Assembly (NCBI GenBank): GCA_038207085.1
Contig: JBBRAE010000002.1
Location: 32,001 to 96,000, forward strand
DNA from: Armatimonadota bacterium
Lineage (GTDB): Bacteria > Armatimonadota > UBA5829 > DTLH01
Direction of reading: 5' to 3'
Length of the DNA: 64,000 nt
Below, in pieces: positions 52,148-60,785 of this stretch. The notes beneath the pieces were generated by a model. That model worked only from the letters and a program-made list of their open reading frames with translations, was not told the origin of the DNA and searched no databases. The position numbers were made by a program, and so were the translations under genes. Each line of letters begins with the position of its first letter. The stretch's first letter is position 1.

Positions 52148-53295
52148 CTTCCGCCCAGCACGTCCTTTACTCTCTCGAAAAATCCCTTTTCTTCGTGTGC
52201 GCCCACGCTCTCGCCGCGAAGTTCCGCGAACTGCTTCAAAAGCTCGCGCTGCTCGTCGTTTAGCCTGGTAGGCGTTTGCACCTGAATTATCACGTTCAGA
52301 TTCCCCTTGTTTCGTCCGCGCGGGTCGGGGATACCCTTTTCTTTTAGAGTGTAGACCTCGTCGTTCTGCGTTCCTTCAGCGATGTGGAGGTCGGCGTCCT
52401 CGAAGAGCGTCTTCACTGTGATCGTCGCGCCAAGCGCCGCCTGTGCGAATGTTACGGGAATCTCGCACCAGATGTCGTTGCCCCGACGCTCAAAGCGATC
52501 ATGCGGGCGGACGTGTGTGAAAACATACAAATCCCCCGTAGTTCCGCCGCGCATCCCGGCTTCACCCTCGCCTGTGATCCTGATGCGGTTGCCATCATCG
52601 ACGCCTGCGGGTATGTTGACGGTCTTCTCGACCGTCTTCTTGACCCGGCCCGCGCCGCCGCACTCCTTGCAGGGGTTGGTCACGATCCGGCCTTCGCCGT
52701 GGCACCTGGGGCAGGCCATTACCCGGATCTGTGTGCCGAGGATCGTCTGCTGCTGCTGGCGGACTTGTCCCGCTCCGCGACAGGTCGGACACGTCTCCGG
52801 GTTGCTTCCTTCAGCCGCGCCAGAGCCGTGGCAGATGCCGCAGGACTCCCAGCGACTGAAGCGGACCTTCTTCTCGACGCCGGTCGCCACCTCTTCAAGG
52901 CTGAGCTCGACGTCGTAGCGCAGGTCGCTTCCCCGCTCGGCTCCAGGGCGGCCGCCAGCGGTCTGACGCGCGCCGCCGCCAAAGAACATATCAAATATGT
53001 CCCCGAAACCGCCGAAGTCGACCGAGAACCCGTAGTCGCCTCCTCCGCCGGGCGCTCCCGCGCCGCCATTTACACCAGCGTGCCCGAAGCGGTTATACAT
53101 CTCGCGCTTCTGTCCGTCGGAGAGCACCTCGTAGGCCTCGTTGATCTCCTTGAACTGGTCCTCGGCCTCGTTGTTGCCGGGGTTAACGTCGGGATGGTGC
53201 TTGCGCGCAAGCCGTCGGTATGCTTTTTTTACATCATCGGCGTTCGCTTCACGTGAAACGCCTAAGACTTCGTAGTAATCTCTTTTGTCTGCCAT
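52144..53295 (-). CDS. dnaJ: Chaperone DnaJ
   Basis: J-domain HPD, G/F region, four CxxCxGxG. Confidence 0.98.
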   Translation of the reverse strand: MADKRDYYEVLGVSREANADDVKKAYRRLARKHHPDVNPGNNEAEDQFKEINEAYEVLSDGQKREMYNRFGHAGVNGGAGAPGGGGDYGFSVDFGGFGDIFDMFFGGGARQTAGGRPGAERGSDLRYDVELSLEEVATGVEKKVRFSRWESCGICHGSGAAEGSNPETCPTCRGAGQVRQQQQTILGTQIRVMACPRCHGEGRIVTNPCKECGGAGRVKKTVEKTVNIPAGVDDGNRIRITGEGEAGMRGGTTGDLYVFTHVRPHDRFERRGNDIWCEIPVTFAQAALGATITVKTLFEDADLHIAEGTQNDEVYTLKEKGIPDPRGRNKGNLNVIIQVQTPTRLNDEQRELLKQFAELRGESVGAHEEKGFFERVKDVLGGR

Positions 53296-53354
53296 AGTTC
53301 CAAATCTGGGGTTAGGGATTAGGGGCTGGGGTGGTAGACCCTTCGCCCCTGACC

Positions 53355-55133
53355 TTATACTTCTTCCGTTACTTCGGTTTGTACTTCTGTTTGCTGCTCT
53401 TCGGCGGGTTCGGCTGTCGCCGCCGCCGCTTTATATACGAGCTCGCTAAGTGATTCGGCGCAGGTTTTGATCTCTGCGGTGTCGTCACTGGAGAGCTTTG
53501 CCTTTAGCTCGGTTATAGCATCGCGGATCGCTTCGGCCTTTTCAGCCGGAAGCTTGCCGTCTGCGCTTGCAAGCGACTGCTCGGCGGCGTAGACTACGGA
53601 GTCCGCGAAGTTGCGTGTCTCACGGGACTCTCGAAGTTCGTGATCCTCCCGCGCATGCACTTCGGCGTCCCGGATCATCTGGTCGATCTCTTCTTTTTTC
53701 AGGCCCTTCGAGCCGGTGATCGTTATGCTCTGCTCGCGCCCGGTCGCTTTGTCCTTCGCCGAAACGCTCACGATGCCGTTTGCGTCGACGTTGAAGGTGA
53801 CTTCAACTCTCGGCATGCCCTTTGGAGCCGACTGGATACCTGTGAGCTGGAAGTTGCCGAGCCTCTTGTTGTCCTCGGCCATATCGCGCTCGCCCTGGAA
53901 GACCTTGATGTCCACCTCGTGCTGATTGTCCGCGGCGGTCGTAAACTCCTGGGTCTTTGAGGTCGGGATCGTCGTGTTGCGATCGATAAGCCGCGTAAAT
54001 ATCCCGCCCAGCGTTTCAATGCCAAGCGAAAGCGGCGTCACGTCGAGCAGAACGATGTCCTTGACCTCGCCTGAGAGCACTCCGCCCTGTATCGCCGCGC
54101 CCACCGCGACTACCTCGTCCGGGTTCAGCCCCTTGTAGGGCTCTTTGCCGAACATGCTTCGCACAAGCTCCTGCACCGCGGGCATCCTGGTCGAGCCGCC
54201 GACCAAAAGCACCCGGTCGATCTCACCAGCCGCAAGCTTTGCGTCCGAGAGCGCCTGCCGGGTCGGCCCGAGCATTCTGTCCCGCAGGTCAGATGTGAGA
54301 TCCTCAAGTTTGGCGCGTGTAAGGTCCAGGTCAAGATGCACCGGTCCGTCGCTTGTGACCGATATAAAAGGCAGGTTGATATTGGTCGAAACGACGCTTG
54401 AAAGCTCGACTTTGGCCCGTTCGGCAGCTTCGCGAAGCCGCTGCAGCGCCATCTTGTCGGCCCTCAGATTGACCCCATTTGCCCGCGCGAACTCGTCGGC
54501 GAGGTGGTTGGTGATCCGCTCGTCCCAATCGTCGCCGCCGAGTTTCGTGTCGCCGTTTGTCGCTTGAACCTCAAAGACCCCTTCGCCGATCTCAAGGATC
54601 GAAACGTCAAAGGTACCTCCTCCGAGGTCCCAGACAAGAATGGTGTGAACGTTTTCCTTGTCCATACCGTAGGCAAGCGCCGCCGCAGTCGGCTCATTGA
54701 TGATGCGCACGACCTCAAGCCCGGCGATCGCTCCCGCGTCTTTGGTGGCCTGCCTTTGGCTGTCGGAGAAGTAGGCCGGGACGGTGACTACCGCCTTTGT
54801 GACCGGCTCCCCGAGGTAAGCTTCGGCGTCAGCCTTCAGCTTCTGCAGGATCATCGCAGAAACCTCGGGCGGCGTATAGTCCTTGCCGTCAATCGCGACT
54901 TTGTAGTTCGTGCCGATATGGCGCTTGACCGACGCTACCGTGCGGTCCGGGTTGGTTATCGCTTGCCGTTTTGCGAGCTGGCCGACGAGTCTTTCGCCGT
55001 TCTTGGTGAACCCCACAACTGACGGACAAAGCCTGCTTCCTTCAGCGGTCGGTATGACCGTCGGTTCGCCGCCTTCCATCACCGCGATGACGGAGTTGGT
55101 CGTCCCGAGGTCTATGCCTACGATCTTGGGCAT
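53355..55133 (-). CDS. dnaK: Chaperone DnaK
   Basis: [41 protein letters not shown]. Confidence 0.98.
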   Translation of the reverse strand: MPKIVGIDLGTTNSVIAVMEGGEPTVIPTAEGSRLCPSVVGFTKNGERLVGQLAKRQAITNPDRTVASVKRHIGTNYKVAIDGKDYTPPEVSAMILQKLKADAEAYLGEPVTKAVVTVPAYFSDSQRQATKDAGAIAGLEVVRIINEPTAAALAYGMDKENVHTILVWDLGGGTFDVSILEIGEGVFEVQATNGDTKLGGDDWDERITNHLADEFARANGVNLRADKMALQRLREAAERAKVELSSVVSTNINLPFISVTSDGPVHLDLDLTRAKLEDLTSDLRDRMLGPTRQALSDAKLAAGEIDRVLLVGGSTRMPAVQELVRSMFGKEPYKGLNPDEVVAVGAAIQGGVLSGEVKDIVLLDVTPLSLGIETLGGIFTRLIDRNTTIPTSKTQEFTTAADNQHEVDIKVFQGERDMAEDNKRLGNFQLTGIQSAPKGMPRVEVTFNVDANGIVSVSAKDKATGREQSITITGSKGLKKEEIDQMIRDAEVHAREDHELRESRETRNFADSVVYAAEQSLASADGKLPAEKAEAIRDAITELKAKLSSDDTAEIKTCAESLSELVYKAAAATAEPAEEQQTEVQTEVTEEV

Positions 55134-55143
55134 TTAGTCGTCC

Positions 55144-55599
55144 TTACTCTTCTTCGGTCTTCTCTTCGGACTCTTCTTCGTCCTCAGGGATTGCCAGCAA
55201 TTCGGAAATCTGCTCGCTTGTAGGTGCGGCCTCTTCATCTTCGGACTGGCCGTTTCCTTCGTCGGGGAGTCTCAGAAGCTCGGCGACTCTTGCGGCCTCG
55301 TCTACAGGCGCAGGCTCAGCGGTGATTTCCGCGGCCTCAGTCTCTGCAGCCTCAAGCTCAGGAAACCCGTCAAGTGTCGGAACGGATGTGCACAGCACTT
55401 CGTCGTGCGACGGCACGTCAAAGGTCACCTTGCCAGCCGCGATCTCTTCGAGCGCGATGGTGAGTGGGTTGGTCGACGGCGTGTCGAGGAGCTTAGGCGC
55501 TCCTTCACGAAGTTGCTTTGCTCTTCTGGCGGCAAGTATGACAAGCGTAAAACGGCTGTCGACTCTCTTTTCCAGTTCGTCAGCGGATGGATAAATCAA
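55144..55599 (-). CDS. rpoZ: RNA polymerase omega subunit with acidic C-terminal extension
   Basis: YPSADEL...SRFTLVILAARRAKQL...NPLTIALEEI. Confidence 0.9.
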   Translation of the reverse strand: MIYPSADELEKRVDSRFTLVILAARRAKQLREGAPKLLDTPSTNPLTIALEEIAAGKVTFDVPSHDEVLCTSVPTLDGFPELEAAETEAAEITAEPAPVDEAARVAELLRLPDEGNGQSEDEEAAPTSEQISELLAIPEDEEESEEKTEEE

Positions 55600-55694
55600 T
55601 TTATTATCACCTCATAATAGATAGGTTGCGAATCGTAATCACAAACAAAAAGGGCCGGTAATACCGGCTCCAGACACATATTTCCATCGGTGTA

Positions 55695-55723
55695 ATTATA
55701 CTCCAAACAACGATCTTGGTCAA
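55695..55723 (-). promoter_or_regulatory. Sigma-70 promoter of the rpoZ-dnaK operon
   Basis: TTGACC-N17-TATAAT on the minus strand. Confidence 0.75.
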
Positions 55724-55799
55724 ACGCCGATTGCTTTTATACTCGTTTGGCAGTGACCACGTGACGACAGACTCGCCTATCGCGTATAATAACTGAGCA

Positions 55800-56534
55800 A
55801 TGGAACACCCCGATCTGAGCGTCGTAGTGCCGGCGTACAATGAAGAATATCTGCTTGAAAGCACCGTGCGGGATATCGCGGAGTATCTCGCGGGGCTCGG
55901 GCTCGCCTGGGAGATACTCATAGTCGATGACGGCAGCCGCGACCGCACCCGGGATATTGCAAACAATCTTGCCAAAGATATTCCCTGCGTGCGGGTGTGC
56001 TCCTACGAGCAAAACAGGGGCAAAGGCTTCGCTGTGCGCACGGGGATGCTCGCCGCAGCGGGGGAGCGCGTGCTCTTTACCGACGCCGACCACTCCACGC
56101 CGATCAGTGAGCTTCCGGCGATGATGTCGGCGCTTGACCAAGGTTTCGGGGTAGCTATCGGCTCGCGCGCGGTGCGTGGGTCGGTTCGAACCGTCCGCCA
56201 ACCCTGCTACCGGGAGCTTGGCGGGCGGATGATCAACCTGTTTATCAGACTTTGGGCTGTGCCGGGGATCAAAGACACCCAGTGCGGTTACAAACTCTTT
56301 TCACGCGCCGCGGCGCAGGACGTCTTCGCGCGCTCCACGATCGAGGACTTCAGCTTCGACATCGAGGCGCTTTATCTCGCGCGAAAGATGGGCTACAGAG
56401 TCGCCGAGCTTCCCGTGCACTGGGCCAACCGGAGCGCAAGCCGTGTGAGGCCGTTTCGAGACGGGATGCGCATATTTGCCGATATCTTCAGGATCAGACG
56501 GCACAGGTACAAACTCCCCGGAGCGCGATCTTGA
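55800..56534 (+). CDS. GT2 glycosyltransferase (polyprenyl-phosphate glucosyltransferase-like)
   Basis: SVVVPAYNEE, VDDGS, NRGKG, FTDAD, DTQCGYK, FDIE. Confidence 0.9.
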   Translation: MEHPDLSVVVPAYNEEYLLESTVRDIAEYLAGLGLAWEILIVDDGSRDRTRDIANNLAKDIPCVRVCSYEQNRGKGFAVRTGMLAAAGERVLFTDADHSTPISELPAMMSALDQGFGVAIGSRAVRGSVRTVRQPCYRELGGRMINLFIRLWAVPGIKDTQCGYKLFSRAAAQDVFARSTIEDFSFDIEALYLARKMGYRVAELPVHWANRSASRVRPFRDGMRIFADIFRIRRHRYKLPGARS

Positions 56535-57355
56535 TAGGGACTGCGATTGCGGCGGGGCTCGTCGCTTACGGGGCGTTTTATGAGCGCGTCGCCGTGCGTC
56601 TCACGCGTATGGAGCTTGCCTATTCGCGCCTGCCGGAGGCGTTTGACGGCTTCAGGATTCTCCACATCTCCGACACGCACATCTCCCACTGGTGGGACGG
56701 CGAGCGGCGGATGGAAACCCTCGTGCGCGAAAACCCCGCCGATATTCTCTTCCACACTGGCGACATCGCCGTCAATCCCTGCGGCGCGCGCCTTGCCCGT
56801 GAGTTCTTCGACCGGGTCGGCCCCGAGATGGGAGTTTGGGCGGTTTGGGGGAACACCGAGCACAAGGGCGACTATGGCCGCGAGCGGCGCGATGATCTCA
56901 CCTACCCGGGCCTGCGGGTGCTTACAAACGAACATGTCACGCTCGAGCGCGACGGGCAGAGCATTGTCCTTGCAGGAGTCGACGACCCGTTCCTCGGGCA
57001 TGCTGACCTGGAGCGCGCGATGCAGGGCGTGCCGGGTGACGCCTTCAAGATTCTTCTAGCCCACGCGCCAAGTATCGCCGGACGTGCCGCTGACGCAGGG
57101 GTCGACCTGCTGCTATCGGGCCACACCCACGGCGGACAGATAAGGCTTCCCATCATCGGCTGCGTATACCCCCATATTCACGAGTATAAGGCGCTTGTGA
57201 AGGGTTTGTTCGAAGGAAAGCGACTCTCAAAAATCCTCGGGCGCGACGCAGGTGAGATGCGGGTATTTACCAACTCGGGAATCGGCATCAGCAACGTGCC
57301 GATGCGCTTCCTTTGTCCGCCCGAAGTCGCCCACATCACCCTCCGAAAAGCCTGA
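56531..57355 (+). CDS. Metallophosphoesterase (YkuE-like)
   Basis: HISDTH, TGD, GN, LAHAP, SGHTHGGQI, RFLCPPE. Confidence 0.88.
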   Translation: MIGTAIAAGLVAYGAFYERVAVRLTRMELAYSRLPEAFDGFRILHISDTHISHWWDGERRMETLVRENPADILFHTGDIAVNPCGARLAREFFDRVGPEMGVWAVWGNTEHKGDYGRERRDDLTYPGLRVLTNEHVTLERDGQSIVLAGVDDPFLGHADLERAMQGVPGDAFKILLAHAPSIAGRAADAGVDLLLSGHTHGGQIRLPIIGCVYPHIHEYKALVKGLFEGKRLSKILGRDAGEMRVFTNSGIGISNVPMRFLCPPEVAHITLRKA

Positions 57356-57433
57356 TCACGCGCCGATAATCACTGTATAAGGGGAAATCCCGGTGCTGTT
57401 GGATGTTTCACTAATCCCCAAACGAGGTTCACG

Positions 57434-57817
57434 ATGGCGAAAAGAATTATGATAGTTGATGACAGCATGCGCTGGAGGATGGAGCTTCGCGACGTGTTGG
57501 CAAGCCACGGGTTCTCCGTCTGCGCCGAGGCCTCAAGTGGCAGGCAGGCGCTCGATCATTACGAAAAGGCGAACCCCGATATCATAATGGTCGATGCCGT
57601 GATGCCGGACTGGGACGGCGTCTGGACTATTCGCCAGATCAAGGGGAAATACCCGGATGCGACCATCATACTCTGTGCCGGAAACGGCGAGCAGTCCACA
57701 GTCACCCAGGCGCTCACCGCCGGGGCCGCCGACTTTTGCGTCAAACCATACGTCGCCCGGGCCGTGCTCGCCGTGATGCGACGAGTGGCGATGGGTGGCC
57801 GCCCCACCTGGAGTTAA
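57434..57817 (+). CDS. Single-domain response regulator (CheY-like)
   Basis: IMIVDD, MVDAVMPDWDG, FCVKP. Confidence 0.88.
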   Translation: MAKRIMIVDDSMRWRMELRDVLASHGFSVCAEASSGRQALDHYEKANPDIIMVDAVMPDWDGVWTIRQIKGKYPDATIILCAGNGEQSTVTQALTAGAADFCVKPYVARAVLAVMRRVAMGGRPTWS

Positions 57818-57907
57818 TTTCGAACAACTGTTGCCGCTGCTGTTCTCCGATGTTATAATGGCTTCACTAGCTTAACTTCACTTAATCATCAACGAGGAGA
57901 TATATAG

Positions 57908-59203
57908 ATGGAGCAGCGCCAGTTCTTACTCAAGCAGGAAGACATGCCGAGGCAGTGGTACAACATCGCTGCCGACCTTCCGAACCCGCCCGCCCCGCCT
58001 CTTAACCCGGCGACAAACGAGCCCGCCGGACCAGAGGACCTTGCGGCGATTTTCTGCGACCCGATCATCGAGCAGGAGGTCTCCACCAAGCGGTGGATAG
58101 ACATCCCCGAGGAGGTCCAGGACGCGCTCGCGATCTGGCGGCCTACACCGCTTATTCGCGCGACCAGGCTTGAACGAGCGCTTGGGACCCCGGCCAAGAT
58201 TTTTTACAAGTACGAGGGGACGAGCCCGGTCGGAAGCCACAAGCCGAACACCGCCGTCGCCCAGGCCTACTACAACAAGATTTCAGGGGTAAAGCGACTT
58301 GCGACCGAGACCGGCGCGGGCCAGTGGGGCTGCGCGCTTTCTATGTCGTGCAACTTCTTTGGCCTGGAGTGCACCGTCTACATGGTGCGTGTCAGCTTCA
58401 CCCAGAAGCCGTATCGCAAGTCGATGATGCAGACCTTCGGCGCGACGATCTTTCCGAGCCCGAGCCCTGCGACCGAGTTTGGTAAAAAGATGCTCGCGCT
58501 CTATCCGGATACCCCCGGCAGTCTCGGGATCGCGATCAGTGAGGCGCTTGAGGACACTGTCACCCACGAGGGAGTCAAGTACGCGCTTGGGAGCGTCTCA
58601 AACCACGTGCTCCTGCACCAGACCGTGATCGGTCAGGAAGCCAAGAAGCAGATGGAGATGGCCGGGGAGTATCCCGATGTCGTGATCGGGTGCGCGGGCG
58701 GCGGCAGCAACCTCGCGGGTATCGCCTTCCCGTTTATCGCCGACAAGATCGCCGGAAAGAATGTGCGTGCGCTTGCCGTCGAGCCCTCGTCCTGTCCGTC
58801 GCTTACCGAAGGAGAGTACCGCTACGATTTTGGTGACACCGCGCAGATGACCCCGCTTTTCAAGATGTACACACTGGGGAGCGACTTTATCCCGCCCGGA
58901 ATCCACGCCGGAGGACTGCGCTACCACGGAATGGCTCCGCTTGTGAGCCAGGTCTACCACGAAGGGCTGATGGAGGCCGTCGCTTATCCCCAGCTTGAGG
59001 TGTTTGACGCCGCAGTTGCCTTCGCTCGCGCCGAGGGTATCATCCCCGCGCCAGAGTCCTCGCACGCCATCAAAGCCGCGATCGACGAGGCAATGAAGGC
59101 CAAAGAAGAGGGCCGCGAGCGGGTGATTCTCTTTAACCTGAGTGGAAACGGCTACCTAGACCTCGGCGCATACGACGCCTACTTCGCAGGCGAGCTTAGC
59201 TGA
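57908..59203 (+). CDS. trpB2: TrpB-like PLP enzyme (TrpB2)
   Basis: [51 protein letters not shown]. Confidence 0.93.
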   Translation: MEQRQFLLKQEDMPRQWYNIAADLPNPPAPPLNPATNEPAGPEDLAAIFCDPIIEQEVSTKRWIDIPEEVQDALAIWRPTPLIRATRLERALGTPAKIFYKYEGTSPVGSHKPNTAVAQAYYNKISGVKRLATETGAGQWGCALSMSCNFFGLECTVYMVRVSFTQKPYRKSMMQTFGATIFPSPSPATEFGKKMLALYPDTPGSLGIAISEALEDTVTHEGVKYALGSVSNHVLLHQTVIGQEAKKQMEMAGEYPDVVIGCAGGGSNLAGIAFPFIADKIAGKNVRALAVEPSSCPSLTEGEYRYDFGDTAQMTPLFKMYTLGSDFIPPGIHAGGLRYHGMAPLVSQVYHEGLMEAVAYPQLEVFDAAVAFARAEGIIPAPESSHAIKAAIDEAMKAKEEGRERVILFNLSGNGYLDLGAYDAYFAGELS

Positions 59204-59219
59204 AGAATCAAGGGTTTTT

Positions 59220-59960
59220 ATGAACTATTACGCAATAGTCCTCGCTGCGGGCAGGGGCAAGAGAATGAGGGACGAGTCACTTCCCTCTGAGTTTCCCAAG
59301 GTGCTCCGGCAGGTTCGTGGCCGGGCTCTGGTCGAGTACGTCGTCGACGCCCTTCGGGGAGCCGGGGTAGATGATATCGCGCTCGTCGTCGGTTTTGGCG
59401 CGGAGTTTGTCCGGGATGCGATGGGTGAAGGCTTCACGTACGCCACCCAGACCGAGCAGCTCGGCTCCGGGCACGCCGTTGCGTGCGCCCGGGAAGCGCT
59501 CTTGGGCCGGGGCGGCTCGGTGATCGTTATGTGCGGCGACAGTCCGCTCTTCACCTCCGAGACTATCAGCCGACTGATCGCGTGCCACAGGGAGTCGAGC
59601 GCGACGATCACCCTCGTATCGTCCGTCCTCGACGACCCGACCGGCTACGGCCGCATCATGCGCGAGAAGTCGGGCAGGATCACGGGAATCGTTGAAGAAA
59701 AGTGCGCGGGAGCGGCAGAAAAAGCTGTCCGGGAGATAAACGGCGGCGCGCTCGCCTTTGATTCGGCCTGGCTTTGGGAGAACATCGACCAGATGCAGGT
59801 AAACGACGCGGGTGAGCTCAACCTGACCGACCTCGTGCGGGTCGCGATCTCCCAGGGAAAGCCGGTCGAAGCAGTCGAGTGCCTCCCCGAAGAGGTAATG
59901 GGCGTCAACACCCCCACCGATCTTGCCAACGCCGAGAAGATTTTGGAGAAACGGGACTAA
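59220..59960 (+). CDS. Stand-alone GlmU-type nucleotidyltransferase domain
   Basis: LAAGRGKRM, PKVL, QTEQLGSGHAV, PTGYGRI, EINGG, LTDLV, GVNT; no acetyltransferase domain. Confidence 0.85.
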   Translation: MNYYAIVLAAGRGKRMRDESLPSEFPKVLRQVRGRALVEYVVDALRGAGVDDIALVVGFGAEFVRDAMGEGFTYATQTEQLGSGHAVACAREALLGRGGSVIVMCGDSPLFTSETISRLIACHRESSATITLVSSVLDDPTGYGRIMREKSGRITGIVEEKCAGAAEKAVREINGGALAFDSAWLWENIDQMQVNDAGELNLTDLVRVAISQGKPVEAVECLPEEVMGVNTPTDLANAEKILEKRD

Positions 59961-59984
59961 GAACTACCGCCATTGTCGCCAGAC

Positions 59985-60749
59985 TCACAACTCGCTTGCC
60001 TCGGCTGTCCATTTTAGCATTCGCACGCTGAAACCCGACTTGGTCTGAGGGTATTCCACCTCGTCCATTGTCGCCTTGATAAGCTTGGTGCCGAGGCCGC
60101 AGGAGCCAGCGGGCGCATCGCCGTTGGGCTGGGAACCAGTCCCCGAGCCCTCGTCCATCACCTCTATCACAAGCGCCAGAGGGCACGACATGCATCTGAG
60201 TCGGATCCTGCTCCGGGGGCTTTTTGACCCGTGCCGAAGAGCGTTTACCAGCGCCTCACCGGCGGCGAGTCGCACGTCAAGGAGCGCGTCGGCGTCAAAG
60301 CCGGTTTCCCTTGCCGCCTCGATAGCCATATCCCGAAGGACTGCGACAAGCTCGGGCTCGGCAAGCGTGACGGACTCTGTCATTCGCCACTCCTGGCGTC
60401 TAAGCGTCGAACGATCCGGGCACTGCCTGGGGATTCCCACAACAGCCGGAGCGAGCCCAAACACCGGGGCCAGCCCCGAAAGTCTGAGGACGTGACTTAG
60501 CGAGTCACTTGCCCCGGAAAGCCTGATGTCGACCCCACTGTCGCGCGCCTGCATATAGGCGGCGACAAGTCCCGAAAGCCCGCGCGAATCTATCAAATCA
60601 ACTTCCGACAGATCGATCGTTACGGCCCGTTCTTCGTCGATCATCCCCGCGAGCATCTCGACAAACTTGTCGCTGCTCATAAAGTCGACGTTTCCGCTGA
60701 TTTTCAGGATGTTTCCATCCCGCACTGAAACCAGACATGCTTCTTCCAT
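59985..60749 (-). CDS. STAS (anti-anti-sigma) and HATPase_c (anti-sigma) fusion
   Basis: DLSEVDLIDSRGL; LAAGEALVNALRHG, EVMDEGSG, GLG. Confidence 0.85.
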   Translation of the reverse strand: MEEACLVSVRDGNILKISGNVDFMSSDKFVEMLAGMIDEERAVTIDLSEVDLIDSRGLSGLVAAYMQARDSGVDIRLSGASDSLSHVLRLSGLAPVFGLAPAVVGIPRQCPDRSTLRRQEWRMTESVTLAEPELVAVLRDMAIEAARETGFDADALLDVRLAAGEALVNALRHGSKSPRSRIRLRCMSCPLALVIEVMDEGSGTGSQPNGDAPAGSCGLGTKLIKATMDEVEYPQTKSGFSVRMLKWTAEASEL

Positions 60750-60785
60750 CGGCGTCCCCTTCCGACGTTTGGCTGTATTGCTGTC

